A DNA stretch of 61,899 nucleotides, counting the filler. It is 5 parts of 5 records of this genome, joined end to end, with 100 filler letters (N's around TTAATTAATTAA, not from the genome) between each part and the next. Parts side by side here need not be neighbours in the genome. Positions count along the whole stretch, not along the records: positions 18,248 to 33,191 come from SRR31156797_28855; positions 33,292 to 42,273 come from SRR31156797_28871; 3 more parts are not named here. The stretch is one strand, 5' to 3'. The stretch's first letter is position 1, and every line of letters starts with the position of its first letter. The translations under genes were made by a program, and so were the position numbers. The notes under the pieces were generated by a model. The model was not told where the DNA came from. It saw only the letters and a list, made by a program, of their open reading frames with translations, and did no database searches. Shown piece by piece: positions 31,278 to 41,422 of this stretch.

Positions 31278-31538
31278 ATAAAATTGTGTTTGATGGTTAG
31301 GAGTTGATCTCAAAAATACTGTTTTGATGGGTTTTCCCTGGTTATTTCTACATCAATTTGGAAGCGTTACCCCGATGAGATTCTTAAATTTTGCAAAGAT
31401 TGAAAAACCTGAAATATTTCTGAAATACCATAAAATCCTATCAATCAGAAGGTGGGAGCTTGCCATAGGCATATGTTGTAAATTGGCCCGCAACATATTT
31501 TTATACATTTGTTTTTCCTGAAACAAAATAACTGAATT

Positions 31539-32963
31539 ATGCATTGGATCGATCTTTCGATATTTATTCTTTACATGGTGGCCATGCTGAGTGTCGGGTT
31601 TTATTTTATGAAACGCAACAAGGATACCGACGACTATTTTGTTGGCGGCCGTACAATGGGGAGTTGGCACATTGGCCTTTCGGTGGTGGCAACTGACGTA
31701 GGCGGTGGTTTTAGTATTGGCCTTGGTGGGTTGGGTTTTATGATGGGGCTGGCAGGGTCGTGGATGTTGTTTACAGGTTTGATCGGTGCATGGTTGAGTG
31801 CGGTATTCCTGATCCCAAAAGTTTTTAAACTTTCTGCCAAGCATAAGTTTTATACTTTTCCTGAAATTTTTCGACATTATTACGGGAAGGAAGTAGCCAT
31901 CCTGGCGGGGATCATTTCGGCCATTGGTTATATGGGGTTCACGAGTTCTCAAATCCTTGCCGGGGCCAAACTTGCGGCAGCATCGTTCGTGGATCTGGAT
32001 ATGCAAACAGCCCTCATTATCATGGGGGTCATCACGATTGTGTACACCGTAATGGGTGGCCTGAAGGCGGTAATTTACACTGATACCATCCAGTGGATTT
32101 TACTGATATCAGGATTGATCCTTATTGGAATTCCACTCAGCTATTTTGCTTTAGGCGGGCGTGAGGTTATCATGAATTCGATACCTGATGAATTTTTTAG
32201 TTTGCAAAACGTTTCATGGCAGACCATAGTAAACTGGGCCGTGACCATCATCCCAATCTGGTTTGTAGGTATGACGCTCTATCAGCGTATTTATGCTTCC
32301 CGCACCGAAAAACAAGCCCGCAAAGCCTGGTTTATTGCCGGCATTTTTGAATGGCCGCTAATGGCTTTCATGGGAGTGATGCTGGGGCTGTTCTCCCGTG
32401 TTGCGCTTCAGGAGGGTTTCTTTGAATATCTGGGCTATAATTCGCTAAGTGATATTGATCCGGAGATGGGCCTTCCCCTTTTATTAAGAACTATACTTCC
32501 GGTAGGCCTGATGGGGCTCATGATGTCTGCTTATTTTTCGGCCATTATGTCAACTGCTGATAGTTGCCTTATGGCTTCTTCAGGGAATGTGCTTACCGAT
32601 ATACTGCAAAGGTTTACCACATTACCGAAAGGAAAAAAAATCTTGCGGCTCTCACAGGGCCTGACGTTGACCATAGGTGTTCTCGCCTTACTTTTGGCCA
32701 CTGCCATGCAAAATGTACTTGAGCTCATGCTTTACTCCTATGCATTTATGGTATCCGGGTTATTTGTCCCTATTCTTACGGCCTTTTACACCAGGAAGCC
32801 AAATCAGCTGGCCGCTTTCCTGGCTATGCTTTTAGGTGGTGGAACTACCATTACCCTCATTATATTTGAATGGAATCTGCCCTTCGGGTTGGATGCCAAT
32901 ATTTTTGGGATTAGCATGTCTGTATTTACTTATCTTGTGGTTTCATTTATTAAACCAAAGTAG
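31539..32963 (+). CDS. Sodium:solute symporter (SSS) family protein
   Basis: YFVGGR, GGLKAVIYTDTIQ, YQRIYA, SAIMSTADS; about 13 TM segments. Confidence 0.93.
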   Translation: MHWIDLSIFILYMVAMLSVGFYFMKRNKDTDDYFVGGRTMGSWHIGLSVVATDVGGGFSIGLGGLGFMMGLAGSWMLFTGLIGAWLSAVFLIPKVFKLSAKHKFYTFPEIFRHYYGKEVAILAGIISAIGYMGFTSSQILAGAKLAAASFVDLDMQTALIIMGVITIVYTVMGGLKAVIYTDTIQWILLISGLILIGIPLSYFALGGREVIMNSIPDEFFSLQNVSWQTIVNWAVTIIPIWFVGMTLYQRIYASRTEKQARKAWFIAGIFEWPLMAFMGVMLGLFSRVALQEGFFEYLGYNSLSDIDPEMGLPLLLRTILPVGLMGLMMSAYFSAIMSTADSCLMASSGNVLTDILQRFTTLPKGKKILRLSQGLTLTIGVLALLLATAMQNVLELMLYSYAFMVSGLFVPILTAFYTRKPNQLAAFLAMLLGGGTTITLIIFEWNLPFGLDANIFGISMSVFTYLVVSFIKPK

Positions 32964-33128
32964 TTCATTTCATATTAGATAAACATGACCTGAATGAAAT
33001 ACACATGAGTTTTGCCCGATGAGTTTTCACCGTGATGAAGACCTGTTTTGATTCACCAGAACAAATTAAAGCCTGATTTATTGATTAAACCCCGTGAGTG
33101 GTATGGCTGAAATGAGGGCATAAAAAAA

Positions 33129-33191
33129 GGGTAAGCTACCTGTGTCGCACCGCTACGACCGCCTACCCTTGCTGCCTTCCGACCCTGGGGG
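33129..33191 (-). ncRNA. ffs: Signal recognition particle small RNA, 3' part
   Basis: Reverse complement contains CCCCAGGGTCGGAAGGCAGCAAGGGT (domain IV GGAA tetraloop with CAGG/AGCA) and ends in a U tract. Confidence 0.8.
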
Positions 33192-33291
33192 NNNNNNNNN
33201 NNNNNNNNNNNNNNNNNNNNNNNNNNNNNNNNNNNTTAATTAATTAANNNNNNNNNNNNNNNNNNNNNNNNNNNNNNNNNNNNNNNNNNNN
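33192..33291. other. Artificial contig junction
   Basis: N spacer with TTAATTAATTAA. Confidence 0.98.
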
Positions 33292-33307
33292 CTTCTCTTC
33301 GGCACCA
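33292..33307 (+). tRNA. 3' terminal fragment of a tRNA, probably tRNA-Leu
   Basis: CTTCTCTTCGGCACCA: acceptor 3' strand matching a GCCGAAG 5' end, A discriminator, CCA, followed by a terminator. Confidence 0.55.
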
Positions 33308-33316
33308 GTAAAGAAC

Positions 33317-33347
33317 AAGGGCTGTGACATACGTCGCAGCCCTTTTT
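33317..33347 (+). terminator. Rho-independent terminator after the tRNA
   Basis: AAGGGCTGTGAC-ATAC-GTCGCAGCCCTT followed by TTT. Confidence 0.8.
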
Positions 33348-33666
33348 CTTTACTTTTCTAACATCTCTACTCGTTTTGTATTTCTCAACGTAATTCAATC
33401 TTTCTAAGTCCCAAAAAACAAATCATAAAAACATATTTCACTGCCGCAAAGGATGTCCCATCACCCTTGCTCCGAAATCGACAAGATATTTTCGATTGAT
33501 TAAAACCTTCACACACAACCATAAAAATCTTTTAAAAACAAATAATTAAGTCTATTTTCACGTGAATTCACGTGAAAACCCTTTGACTTGGAGGCGTGCG
33601 TACAACAGGGGATAGTAAGTGTAATTATTATATCTTCGTACTGAAAACATCATGTGAGTTTTTTCG

Positions 33667-36600
33667 ATGCACTTTCTCCCTTCTTGTCTGACACGATTTT
33701 TCTCCCACCTGTTCCTGCTCATGTTTTTATGCCTCGTTACTTTGGCTCCGGCTTCGAACGGGCTTGCCGCTGATTTTGAAGTGACCAACCTGAATGATTC
33801 CGGTGCTGGGTCGCTTCGGCAGGCGCTCGCCAGTGCTGGCGACGGTGACAGGATCGTTGTTTCACCAAGTTTGTCCGGCACCATTACACTGGCGTCAGTG
33901 CTGCCGACGCTCAATTCAATCGAGTTCGTCAACGCGCAGGGGGTGAAGCTCTCCATGCCCAATGGAAATATTAATAACCCTCCGTTGCTTGTCGCACGAA
34001 GCAAGACAATAGGCGGCACCCTTCCATCGACCATAACCCAGAAGGGAACGGGGCAGCTAACGGCCATACATGGGGAAGGCGCACTGACCTTTGCCGATGA
34101 GATGTCATCCACGGTCTCGTCTACCTCGCTCGACAGCCATGCACTCGGCGTGATTGCCATGAGTGATCTCACTTTTGAGAAGGACATTTCAGGCTCCATT
34201 CTGGCGCAAGGACCATCTCCAAGTACTGGCCTGTTTGCAGGGAGGATTCTTTCCTTGAAAAGCCTGTCCGGTTCGATTGAAGCGAGAAGCTCAAGTGCGT
34301 ACGGGATAAGTGGAAGTGATGGCGTCATCATTCAGGACGATGTCTCCGGATCAATCTTCGCAGCCGGAAAGGATGGTCAGTCCAGGGGGATAGAGTCTGA
34401 GCAAAATATCAGTATAGGCTCCTTCTCCGGTTCGATTTTCGCGAGTGGGGGATGGCGCGAGGGCGGCGGAATCTGGGCTGACAAAAATCTGAACATCAAT
34501 GGCCCATTGTCAGGGGACATAGTTGTTTCTAGCAAGGCCATTTATTACAGTGGTCTTCATGCTGGTAGAGATATGAAGATTGGTGGAGATCTGTCCGGAT
34601 CCATCTCTGTAAAAGGCCCTGACGTTATTTTTGGAATATCCTCCTCAAATCTGACAATTGAAGGAGATTTGTCCGGTTCGATTGCCGCAACTGCGAGCAG
34701 TGGACGGGCTTTGGGGATATATTCTCAATACAACACCAGTATAGGCTCCCTCTCCGGTTCTGTCTCTGCCGTGGCAACCGAAGGGTTCGCCTATGCATTC
34801 TATGGTGAGGATTCCCGAATAAATGGTGATATGTCAGGGGCCATCTCTGCGTTAGCTCCTTCTTCCGCCTATGGCTTTGGGGCTAACAGTTTTCTGCTCA
34901 AGGGCGTAATGTCAGGATCGATTGTCGCAACTTCCACAGGTTCTGCAGCCTACGGCATTAATGCAGCGAGTTGGATGACGTTCAATGATGTGCTGTCCGG
35001 TTCGATTGAGGCCACGGCACAGCGTGATGCATTTGGGCTGATAGCAAACGGGGATTTAACGTTCGACAACGGATTGACCGGCTCCGTGACCGCGGTTTCC
35101 CGTGGCGGATATGCGTACGGAATTTACGCATACAATGACCTCCTCCTCTCCAACGGACTTTCGGGAAAGGTTTCCGCCACGTCAGGAGGGGCTTACGCTT
35201 ATGGATTGATCAGCTATTATGACGGAAAGATTGACGGAAACGGTGTACCGCTGGATATTTCAGGTTCGGTCTCGGCTTCTGCCAATGGGCGGGCCGTAGC
35301 AGTCTCGGCACCCCAAGGGCTGAATCTCAATGTCACCGGTTCGCTTCATGCCACGGACACCTCCGGAAGCGGCAAGGCATACGCCATCCGGGCCGGAACG
35401 TATGATTGGCGCACGAACAACTGGATTCCCGGTGGTGCAGTCAACGACACCATCGTCCTCGGTAATGGCGCGAGCGTGGTCGGCAAGATCGATCTGGGCG
35501 GCGGCACCAATCTGCTAACTCTGGGCGATAGCGGTTCCCTGAACGGCGACGTAAGTAATATCACGACCATGACCAAGACCGGCGCGGGTACGTGGAGCAC
35601 CAATGGAGAAATCAACACCAACGATCTCGCGGTGCAGGGTGGAACGCTGAAGGTGAACGTCGCGCAGACAGCGACGCCCACAGTGCAGGTGGCGAACAAT
35701 TTCATCAACAACGGCGATGTCGCTTTTGCCCTCGGAGGGCTGACGCAGAGCGGAGAATCCTTCACCGCATTGACCAGCGCAAATCTTTCCGGGACAGGCT
35801 CATATAGCACCAATTCCCCGTTGTTGAACGTGAGTATCGCCGGCAACAACGTCAACTTGACCAAAAAGAGCTATATGGATGTTGTTGACATGGGCAATGA
35901 AAACGCCGTTGCCATGGCCGCTGTACTTGATCCGCTCACAGCCACGGCTACTGGCGATATGGCGACTATCCTCGGAAAGCTCGATTGTTCCGCTTCGCAG
36001 CAAGCCTTCAATACGAATTTGACTGAACTCGGCGGGGTTTTCTCTTCCGGCATGACGACCATCAGCCTCGGGACAGCGCACCAGCTTTCCCTTGCCACTC
36101 AGACGCGTATGGCCCAGATGCGCGCCTATCAGATCATGTTGGCACAGAATGATGAGACCGTTGACTCCGAGGACCCGGAATCATGGCCCATGGTCGCAGC
36201 CAACGGCGATCTGGTCGGAATCATGTCGCGCGAGCCAGAATATCAACCCAACGGGGTTCATCTGCGCGTGCTAGGCCGTACCGGTAATATGGACAGCCAT
36301 GGTGGCTACGACGGATATGATTACAACAGCGTCATTTTTTCCGGCGGCTATGATCGCGTGCTCCGCGATGGCTTTCTTGCCGGTGTCAGCGGCGGCTATG
36401 CCAGGACGGACGCGGATTACAAGGACGAAGGAGGAAGCGACTCCAGCCTCGACAGTTATTCGCTTGGAGTTTACGGAACATGGTTCAAAGACCAATGGTA
36501 TGTGGATGCAGTGCTTGCCGGAGCGTATAACCAATATGACATGGACAGGCGTCTCGCGGCTTTTGACAGAACGGCGACCTCCGATTCTTCCGGGTACACG

Positions 36601-37074
36601 GTGTCTGCCAAGAGTGCCGGAGGGTACCGGTTTGATGTCAACGGCTATGGACTGACTCCTACGGCCTCGTTGGAATACACACGTTTTCATCAAGACGGAT
36701 ATACGGAATCCGGTGCCGGAGCCGCTAATTTAAGTGTACCGGATGTGGACAGCAACTTTCTCGAAAGTGGACTTGGCGTAAAATTAGACCGCACATGGCA
36801 CACCGATTTCGGTCAGATCATTCCGGAACTCTCGGCCATGTGGATGCATGAATGGTTCACTCAAGACCGCGCTCTGACCGTGTCCATGACGGGTATGCCC
36901 GGCACCGTCTTCTCACAAACCACAGCCGAAACCGCGAGAGACGCCTACCGTTTCGGAGCAGGCGTCCGCGCCATCTATGATACGAACATGAGTCTCGCCC
37001 TGCGTTATCAAGGAGATGTAGAGGAACACGCAGCCAGCCACAGCTTGATGTGTGAAGCGCAATTCCTATTTTAG
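33667..37074 (+). CDS. Type Va autotransporter with repetitive beta-helical passenger
   Basis: Signal peptide, VTNLNDSGAGSLRQAL N-terminal motif, about 15 SG(S/D/K/A)(I/V)xA...A(Y/F)G repeats, KTGAGTW, C-terminal beta-barrel ending in F. Confidence 0.92.
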   Translation: MHFLPSCLTRFFSHLFLLMFLCLVTLAPASNGLAADFEVTNLNDSGAGSLRQALASAGDGDRIVVSPSLSGTITLASVLPTLNSIEFVNAQGVKLSMPNGNINNPPLLVARSKTIGGTLPSTITQKGTGQLTAIHGEGALTFADEMSSTVSSTSLDSHALGVIAMSDLTFEKDISGSILAQGPSPSTGLFAGRILSLKSLSGSIEARSSSAYGISGSDGVIIQDDVSGSIFAAGKDGQSRGIESEQNISIGSFSGSIFASGGWREGGGIWADKNLNINGPLSGDIVVSSKAIYYSGLHAGRDMKIGGDLSGSISVKGPDVIFGISSSNLTIEGDLSGSIAATASSGRALGIYSQYNTSIGSLSGSVSAVATEGFAYAFYGEDSRINGDMSGAISALAPSSAYGFGANSFLLKGVMSGSIVATSTGSAAYGINAASWMTFNDVLSGSIEATAQRDAFGLIANGDLTFDNGLTGSVTAVSRGGYAYGIYAYNDLLLSNGLSGKVSATSGGAYAYGLISYYDGKIDGNGVPLDISGSVSASANGRAVAVSAPQGLNLNVTGSLHATDTSGSGKAYAIRAGTYDWRTNNWIPGGAVNDTIVLGNGASVVGKIDLGGGTNLLTLGDSGSLNGDVSNITTMTKTGAGTWSTNGEINTNDLAVQGGTLKVNVAQTATPTVQVANNFINNGDVAFALGGLTQSGESFTALTSANLSGTGSYSTNSPLLNVSIAGNNVNLTKKSYMDVVDMGNENAVAMAAVLDPLTATATGDMATILGKLDCSASQQAFNTNLTELGGVFSSGMTTISLGTAHQLSLATQTRMAQMRAYQIMLAQNDETVDSEDPESWPMVAANGDLVGIMSREPEYQPNGVHLRVLGRTGNMDSHGGYDGYDYNSVIFSGGYDRVLRDGFLAGVSGGYARTDADYKDEGGSDSSLDSYSLGVYGTWFKDQWYVDAVLAGAYNQYDMDRRLAAFDRTATSDSSGYTVSAKSAGGYRFDVNGYGLTPTASLEYTRFHQDGYTESGAGAANLSVPDVDSNFLESGLGVKLDRTWHTDFGQIIPELSAMWMHEWFTQDRALTVSMTGMPGTVFSQTTAETARDAYRFGAGVRAIYDTNMSLALRYQGDVEEHAASHSLMCEAQFLF

Positions 37075-37141
37075 AAAATACTGAATAAAAAATCGCTATC
37101 GGCAGTGACTCTTTTGTTCGAAGCAAAAAAGACGACCACTC

Positions 37142-37192
37142 CTTCTCTTTGAAACCTACACAAAACAATAGCTGTGACAGACGTCGCAGCCC
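37142..37192 (+). repeat. Degenerate direct repeat of the tRNA 3' end plus terminator (attR-like)
   Basis: Ungapped match of 40/51 nt to 33292-33342, with 21/22 identity across the terminator part. Confidence 0.75.
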
Positions 37193-37386
37193 ATGTTTTG
37201 TGCGCCCCAAGTATTCAGCGACTCCACTGACACCGATGTCTCTTCAAAAACATATGTCTCAATATCTTAATAGTCTTTCTACCTCATAATTTTCTGGTAA
37301 AAAGAGTTATCATCTACTATTAACAATAGAGATAATCAGCCGATACTGATTATGTTTATTTCACAGAATCATACTATGGGGATAGG

Positions 37387-39192
37387 ATGTTTAAAGATCT
37401 CAGTTTAAAATGGAAAGTGATGTCCCTTGCTCTGGTCGGCCCCCTCCTTGTCGCCGCCATTCTTGCAGCGCAACAGGTAATCCAGATTCAAAACAGTGGC
37501 GAAAAAGACATTATCGACCAAAGTCGCGCTGTGGTACTCATGGCTGAAGCAGCCCGACAGGAGATGTCCAAAAAGTTGGAAATGGGTGTTATCATGCCCT
37601 TTGATCAACTGAAACATTCCAAAGCAAAAATAATTGAAGCGATTCCTGTCATTACCGCCATCAAAATGGCAAAACGCCAATCAAATGAGCTCGATTTTCA
37701 ATTCAGGGTTCCCAAAGTCAGTCCTCGAAACCCAGAAAATGCCCCTACCCCGCTAGAGAGCAAAGTTCTGGCCGAACTCAAAGCAAAGAATCTCACTGAA
37801 AAAATTCTGATCGAAGACAATCAAATCCGCTATTTCCGCGCCATTCGACTGACCAAGGAATGCCTATACTGCCATGGAGATGCCAGAGGCGATGTTGACC
37901 CCACGGGCGGCATCAAGGAAGGCTGGAAAGTAGGTGAAATCCACGGCGCATTTCAAATCATATCCTCACTGGAAGGAGCAAAAGCAAACATTCTCAAGGC
38001 AGAACTGTATACGGCAGGTGAGACACTGTTCATCTTGCTGCTCATTGGTTTCCTTGTTTGGCTTCTGGTCAAAAAGATCATCGTCAACCCGCTTTTCCGC
38101 ATCCGTATCTTTGCGCAAAGCGTCGCTTCTGGAGAACTGGACGCCACCCCCGAAGGTGTTTTTTCAGCAGAACTTCGCTCTGTGAAAAACAGCATTGAAA
38201 CCATGGTCGACAAACTCAAAGCCCAAATGTTTGAAGCCGCAGAAAAAAAGGAAGAAGCCGAAACGGCCAAAGGGAAGGCTGAATCTGCCATGGAAGAAGC
38301 CAAAGAACACGAGAGTACAGCGACAAACCTGCTGACCAAGATGCAACGTATTGCCCAAGATGCCTCAATCATTGTGGAGCAAGTCACTTCGGCCGCAGAC
38401 GAACTCTCAACTCAGGCAGATCAGGTCAGTCAGGGCGCAGACGTTCAACGAGACCGCACAACCCAAACAGCAACGGCCATGGAAGAAATGAACGCGACAG
38501 TACTTGAAGTCGCTCGCAATTCGGCCAGTTCAGCAGACTCAGCCGCCAATGCCAAGACTCAGGCTCAAGAAGGTGCCGTTGTTGTCCGTGAAGCCACGAC
38601 AGCCATTCGCGAGGTGCATGATCTTACAGCCACGCTCAAAAATTCCATGGGCAAACTTGGTGAACAAACTACCGATATCGGCCAAATCATGAATGTTATT
38701 GAAGACATCGCGGATCAAACCAATCTCCTTGCCCTAAACGCAGCAATCGAGGCCGCTCGGGCAGGCGAAGCAGGACGCGGATTCGCTGTCGTTGCTGATG
38801 AAGTTCGCAAATTAGCAGAAAAGACTATGGCCGCCACCAAGGAAGTAGGCGATGCCATTCAGGCCATTCAGGACGGCGCGGCATCCAATATCAAGAGTGT
38901 GGACACCGCAGCCCTCGCAGTAGAACAGGCCACGGAACTTGCCAATCAATCTGGAGAATCTTTGGATCGTATTGTATCCTTTGCCGATGAAACTTCCGGC
39001 CAAGTCCAATCCATTGCTACAGCAGCCGAAGAACAATCCGCAGCATCCGAAGAGATCAACCAGGCCGTCGACGATATCAACTTGATCGCTTCAGAAACCG
39101 CTGACGGCATGAATCAATCTGCCGAGGCAATCAATGAGCTGGCTCGACTCTCCAACGAACTCCGCCATCTCATCAAGGAAATGAACGAGTAA
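37387..39192 (+). CDS. Methyl-accepting chemotaxis protein with periplasmic heme-c (DUF3365/Tll0287-like) sensor
   Basis: [62 protein letters not shown]. Confidence 0.93.
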   Translation: MFKDLSLKWKVMSLALVGPLLVAAILAAQQVIQIQNSGEKDIIDQSRAVVLMAEAARQEMSKKLEMGVIMPFDQLKHSKAKIIEAIPVITAIKMAKRQSNELDFQFRVPKVSPRNPENAPTPLESKVLAELKAKNLTEKILIEDNQIRYFRAIRLTKECLYCHGDARGDVDPTGGIKEGWKVGEIHGAFQIISSLEGAKANILKAELYTAGETLFILLLIGFLVWLLVKKIIVNPLFRIRIFAQSVASGELDATPEGVFSAELRSVKNSIETMVDKLKAQMFEAAEKKEEAETAKGKAESAMEEAKEHESTATNLLTKMQRIAQDASIIVEQVTSAADELSTQADQVSQGADVQRDRTTQTATAMEEMNATVLEVARNSASSADSAANAKTQAQEGAVVVREATTAIREVHDLTATLKNSMGKLGEQTTDIGQIMNVIEDIADQTNLLALNAAIEAARAGEAGRGFAVVADEVRKLAEKTMAATKEVGDAIQAIQDGAASNIKSVDTAALAVEQATELANQSGESLDRIVSFADETSGQVQSIATAAEEQSAASEEINQAVDDINLIASETADGMNQSAEAINELARLSNELRHLIKEMNE

Positions 39193-39209
39193 TACCACTC
39201 AGCAATGAT

Positions 39210-39245
39210 AAGGCGGAAGCTCTGCTACGAGCTTCCGCCTTTTTT
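39210..39245 (+). terminator. Rho-independent terminator after the MCP gene
   Basis: AAGGCGGAAGCTC-TGCTAC-GAGCTTCCGCCTT followed by TTTT. Confidence 0.9.
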
Positions 39246-39368
39246 AGGCTACACCATGGTTCTCTGTAATATTACAAGTTGATATTCCCTTCTGCCTTGT
39301 GTTCCTTGCAATGTTTCACTAGGGTTCATTATGAATCGAATTGAACCAATCATACCGGAACAATCACC

Positions 39369-40763
39369 ATGCCCATAGCTGATCCAACCGCGTTGATACA
39401 CAGCCTGACAGACAAAAAAGGACTCGCCGCACTCCTTGATGTCCTTCCGCTTGGTGTTGCCATCATGGACACAGAAGGGACCCTGCTTGCTGTCAACAAC
39501 ACCTACGAAGACATCACGGGGGTTGAAGGGAAACAGGTCCTCGGCATGAAATGTCTTCATGCCTTGCGGTGTGACTTCTGCATGAAGAACTGTCCGGTCA
39601 TGACCGAATGGGAAGACCGAACTCCCCAGACCGTCGAAGCCAATATTCTCAATCGCAGCAGAGAAAAGGTCTTCGTCAACCTGACTCTTGCCCCCCTCAT
39701 AGGCGATGACAATACCATACAAGGTGTCATTGAAACCATCACGCCAAGCGGTGGCGGACCTCTTGACGAAGTGGCCGGCCATGTTCTGGGACTTGGTGAA
39801 CTGGTTGGCCGAAGCCCCCAGGTCCGAAAAATCTTTTCCATGACGCCATCCATTGCCCAAACTGATTCCCCGGTGCTTCTTACAGGGGAAACAGGCACTG
39901 GTAAGGACATGCTCGCCGAAGAGATTCATAACGAATCCGACCGGGATGGGCCATTCGTCAAAGTCAATTGCGGAGCACTCCCTGACCCACTCCTTGAATC
40001 TGAACTCTTCGGGCACAACAAGAACGCGTTTCCCGGGGCGGATCAAACCAAGCAGGGACGGCTACGAATGGCTCATGGTGGCACGTTATTCATCACCGAA
40101 ATCGGCGATCTTCCCATGCGACTGCAAACAAAACTCCTTGCCTACATGGACAATCACGTGGTGCGCCCCATGGGGTCCACCAAAGGAGTACGTACAGATG
40201 TTCGTATCATGGCAGCCAGCAACACAGATCTGGAAGAAGCCGTACGCAACAAAACATTTCGGCAAGACCTTCTTTACCGCCTCAATGTCATCCGCCTCCA
40301 CCTGCCTCCCTTACGAGAACGTGGTGAAGATTTGCTTTTGCTTCAAGACCACTTTCTGAAAATGTTCCAGCTTCGCTACAAGAAAAAAGTGGAACGGTTC
40401 TCCAAAAACGTAGACAACCTCCTTAAGTCATACACATTCCCCGGCAACATTAGGGAATTACGAAACCTCATTGAGTATGCCGTCAACTTTTGTGACACCC
40501 CGGTCATCCGCATGAGACATTTGCCGGGCTACATCCTGCACGGGCACGGACTCCCGGAAAATCTTGTGACACCACCGAGCCAACACCCTCACAACCCGGG
40601 TGAAGTCAGAACAGCACGCCCTGAACGATGGGAAGACGTTCAACGCAAAATGATACTGGAAGCTCTGATCAAAACCGGCGGACGCAAGCAACAGGCAGCG
40701 GAACTCCTCGGATGGGGCCGCAGCACTTTGTGGCGTAAAATGAAACATTTCGGCATAGAGTAA
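39369..40763 (+). CDS. PAS-domain sigma54-interacting (NtrC/Fis) family regulator with degenerate GAFTGA and Walker B
   Basis: Cys-rich PAS, GETGTGKD, ESELFGH, NAFPGA, LFITEIGD, FRQDLLYRL, PGNIRELRN, HTH. Confidence 0.92.
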   Translation: MPIADPTALIHSLTDKKGLAALLDVLPLGVAIMDTEGTLLAVNNTYEDITGVEGKQVLGMKCLHALRCDFCMKNCPVMTEWEDRTPQTVEANILNRSREKVFVNLTLAPLIGDDNTIQGVIETITPSGGGPLDEVAGHVLGLGELVGRSPQVRKIFSMTPSIAQTDSPVLLTGETGTGKDMLAEEIHNESDRDGPFVKVNCGALPDPLLESELFGHNKNAFPGADQTKQGRLRMAHGGTLFITEIGDLPMRLQTKLLAYMDNHVVRPMGSTKGVRTDVRIMAASNTDLEEAVRNKTFRQDLLYRLNVIRLHLPPLRERGEDLLLLQDHFLKMFQLRYKKKVERFSKNVDNLLKSYTFPGNIRELRNLIEYAVNFCDTPVIRMRHLPGYILHGHGLPENLVTPPSQHPHNPGEVRTARPERWEDVQRKMILEALIKTGGRKQQAAELLGWGRSTLWRKMKHFGIE

Positions 40764-40768
40764 ATACC

Positions 40769-41107
40769 ATGGAAAAAATTCTTATCCCCCTCACCGGCAA
40801 CGAACTGGCTCCCAGGTTCGACATTGCCCTCGAAGTACTCATTGTTTCCGTTACCCGAGAGACAAGCGCCATGGGTAAAATCGATGAGAAAGTTGTCATT
40901 CTCGACACTCCCTCCAGTGAAGCCATGTATCGAATGGTCATGTCCGAAAACATCAAGACCATCATCTGTGCAGGCATTGAAAAAGAGATATTCGATTTCT
41001 TGCGACGCAAGCGAATCAGAATCATAGATAACGTCTGCGGCCCGGTCGATGCGGTTCTCGAAGCATATCTCATGGGGAACCTCTCTCAGGGACAAAACTA
41101 CTACTAG
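40769..41107 (+). CDS. NifB/NifX (dinitrogenase FeMo-cofactor) family-like protein
   Basis: KILIP, APRFD, IICAGI, GPVDAVLEAYL.G.L pattern; 5 bp after the regulator. Confidence 0.75.
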   Translation: MEKILIPLTGNELAPRFDIALEVLIVSVTRETSAMGKIDEKVVILDTPSSEAMYRMVMSENIKTIICAGIEKEIFDFLRRKRIRIIDNVCGPVDAVLEAYLMGNLSQGQNYY

Positions 41108-41114
41108 ACAGTTT

Positions 41115-41186
41115 TTGTCCCAAATTGTTTCATTATGAAACAACAGTCGCAAGCCACAATGTTCCAAAATGTTTCATTGTGTTCTT
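41115..41186. promoter_or_regulatory. Operator array: 19-bp palindrome plus phased half-sites
   Basis: TTGTTTCAT-T-ATGAAACAA (41125-41143); half-sites TGTCCCA 41116, TGTTTCA 41126, TGTTCCA 41160, TGTTTCA 41170. Confidence 0.65.
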
Positions 41187-41422
41187 GAACTTTTATTCAC
41201 ATAAGAGTCTTGACGCAAACAATGATTTACTATTTATAGGAATGCGAACCCTTTTAAATGCTCGGCCCGCGTAATGTTACGTAATGTGAAATTGGGGGCA
41301 ATTTCAGGACTGACTCGAAAAAAGGTTCACCTGACACAAAAAAGCTCACTTGAAACATTCCATGACAAGGGAGGCAAGTGTGCATCAATGTGCAAACAAT
41401 ACTTCTCGGGAGGAAGGATTAC

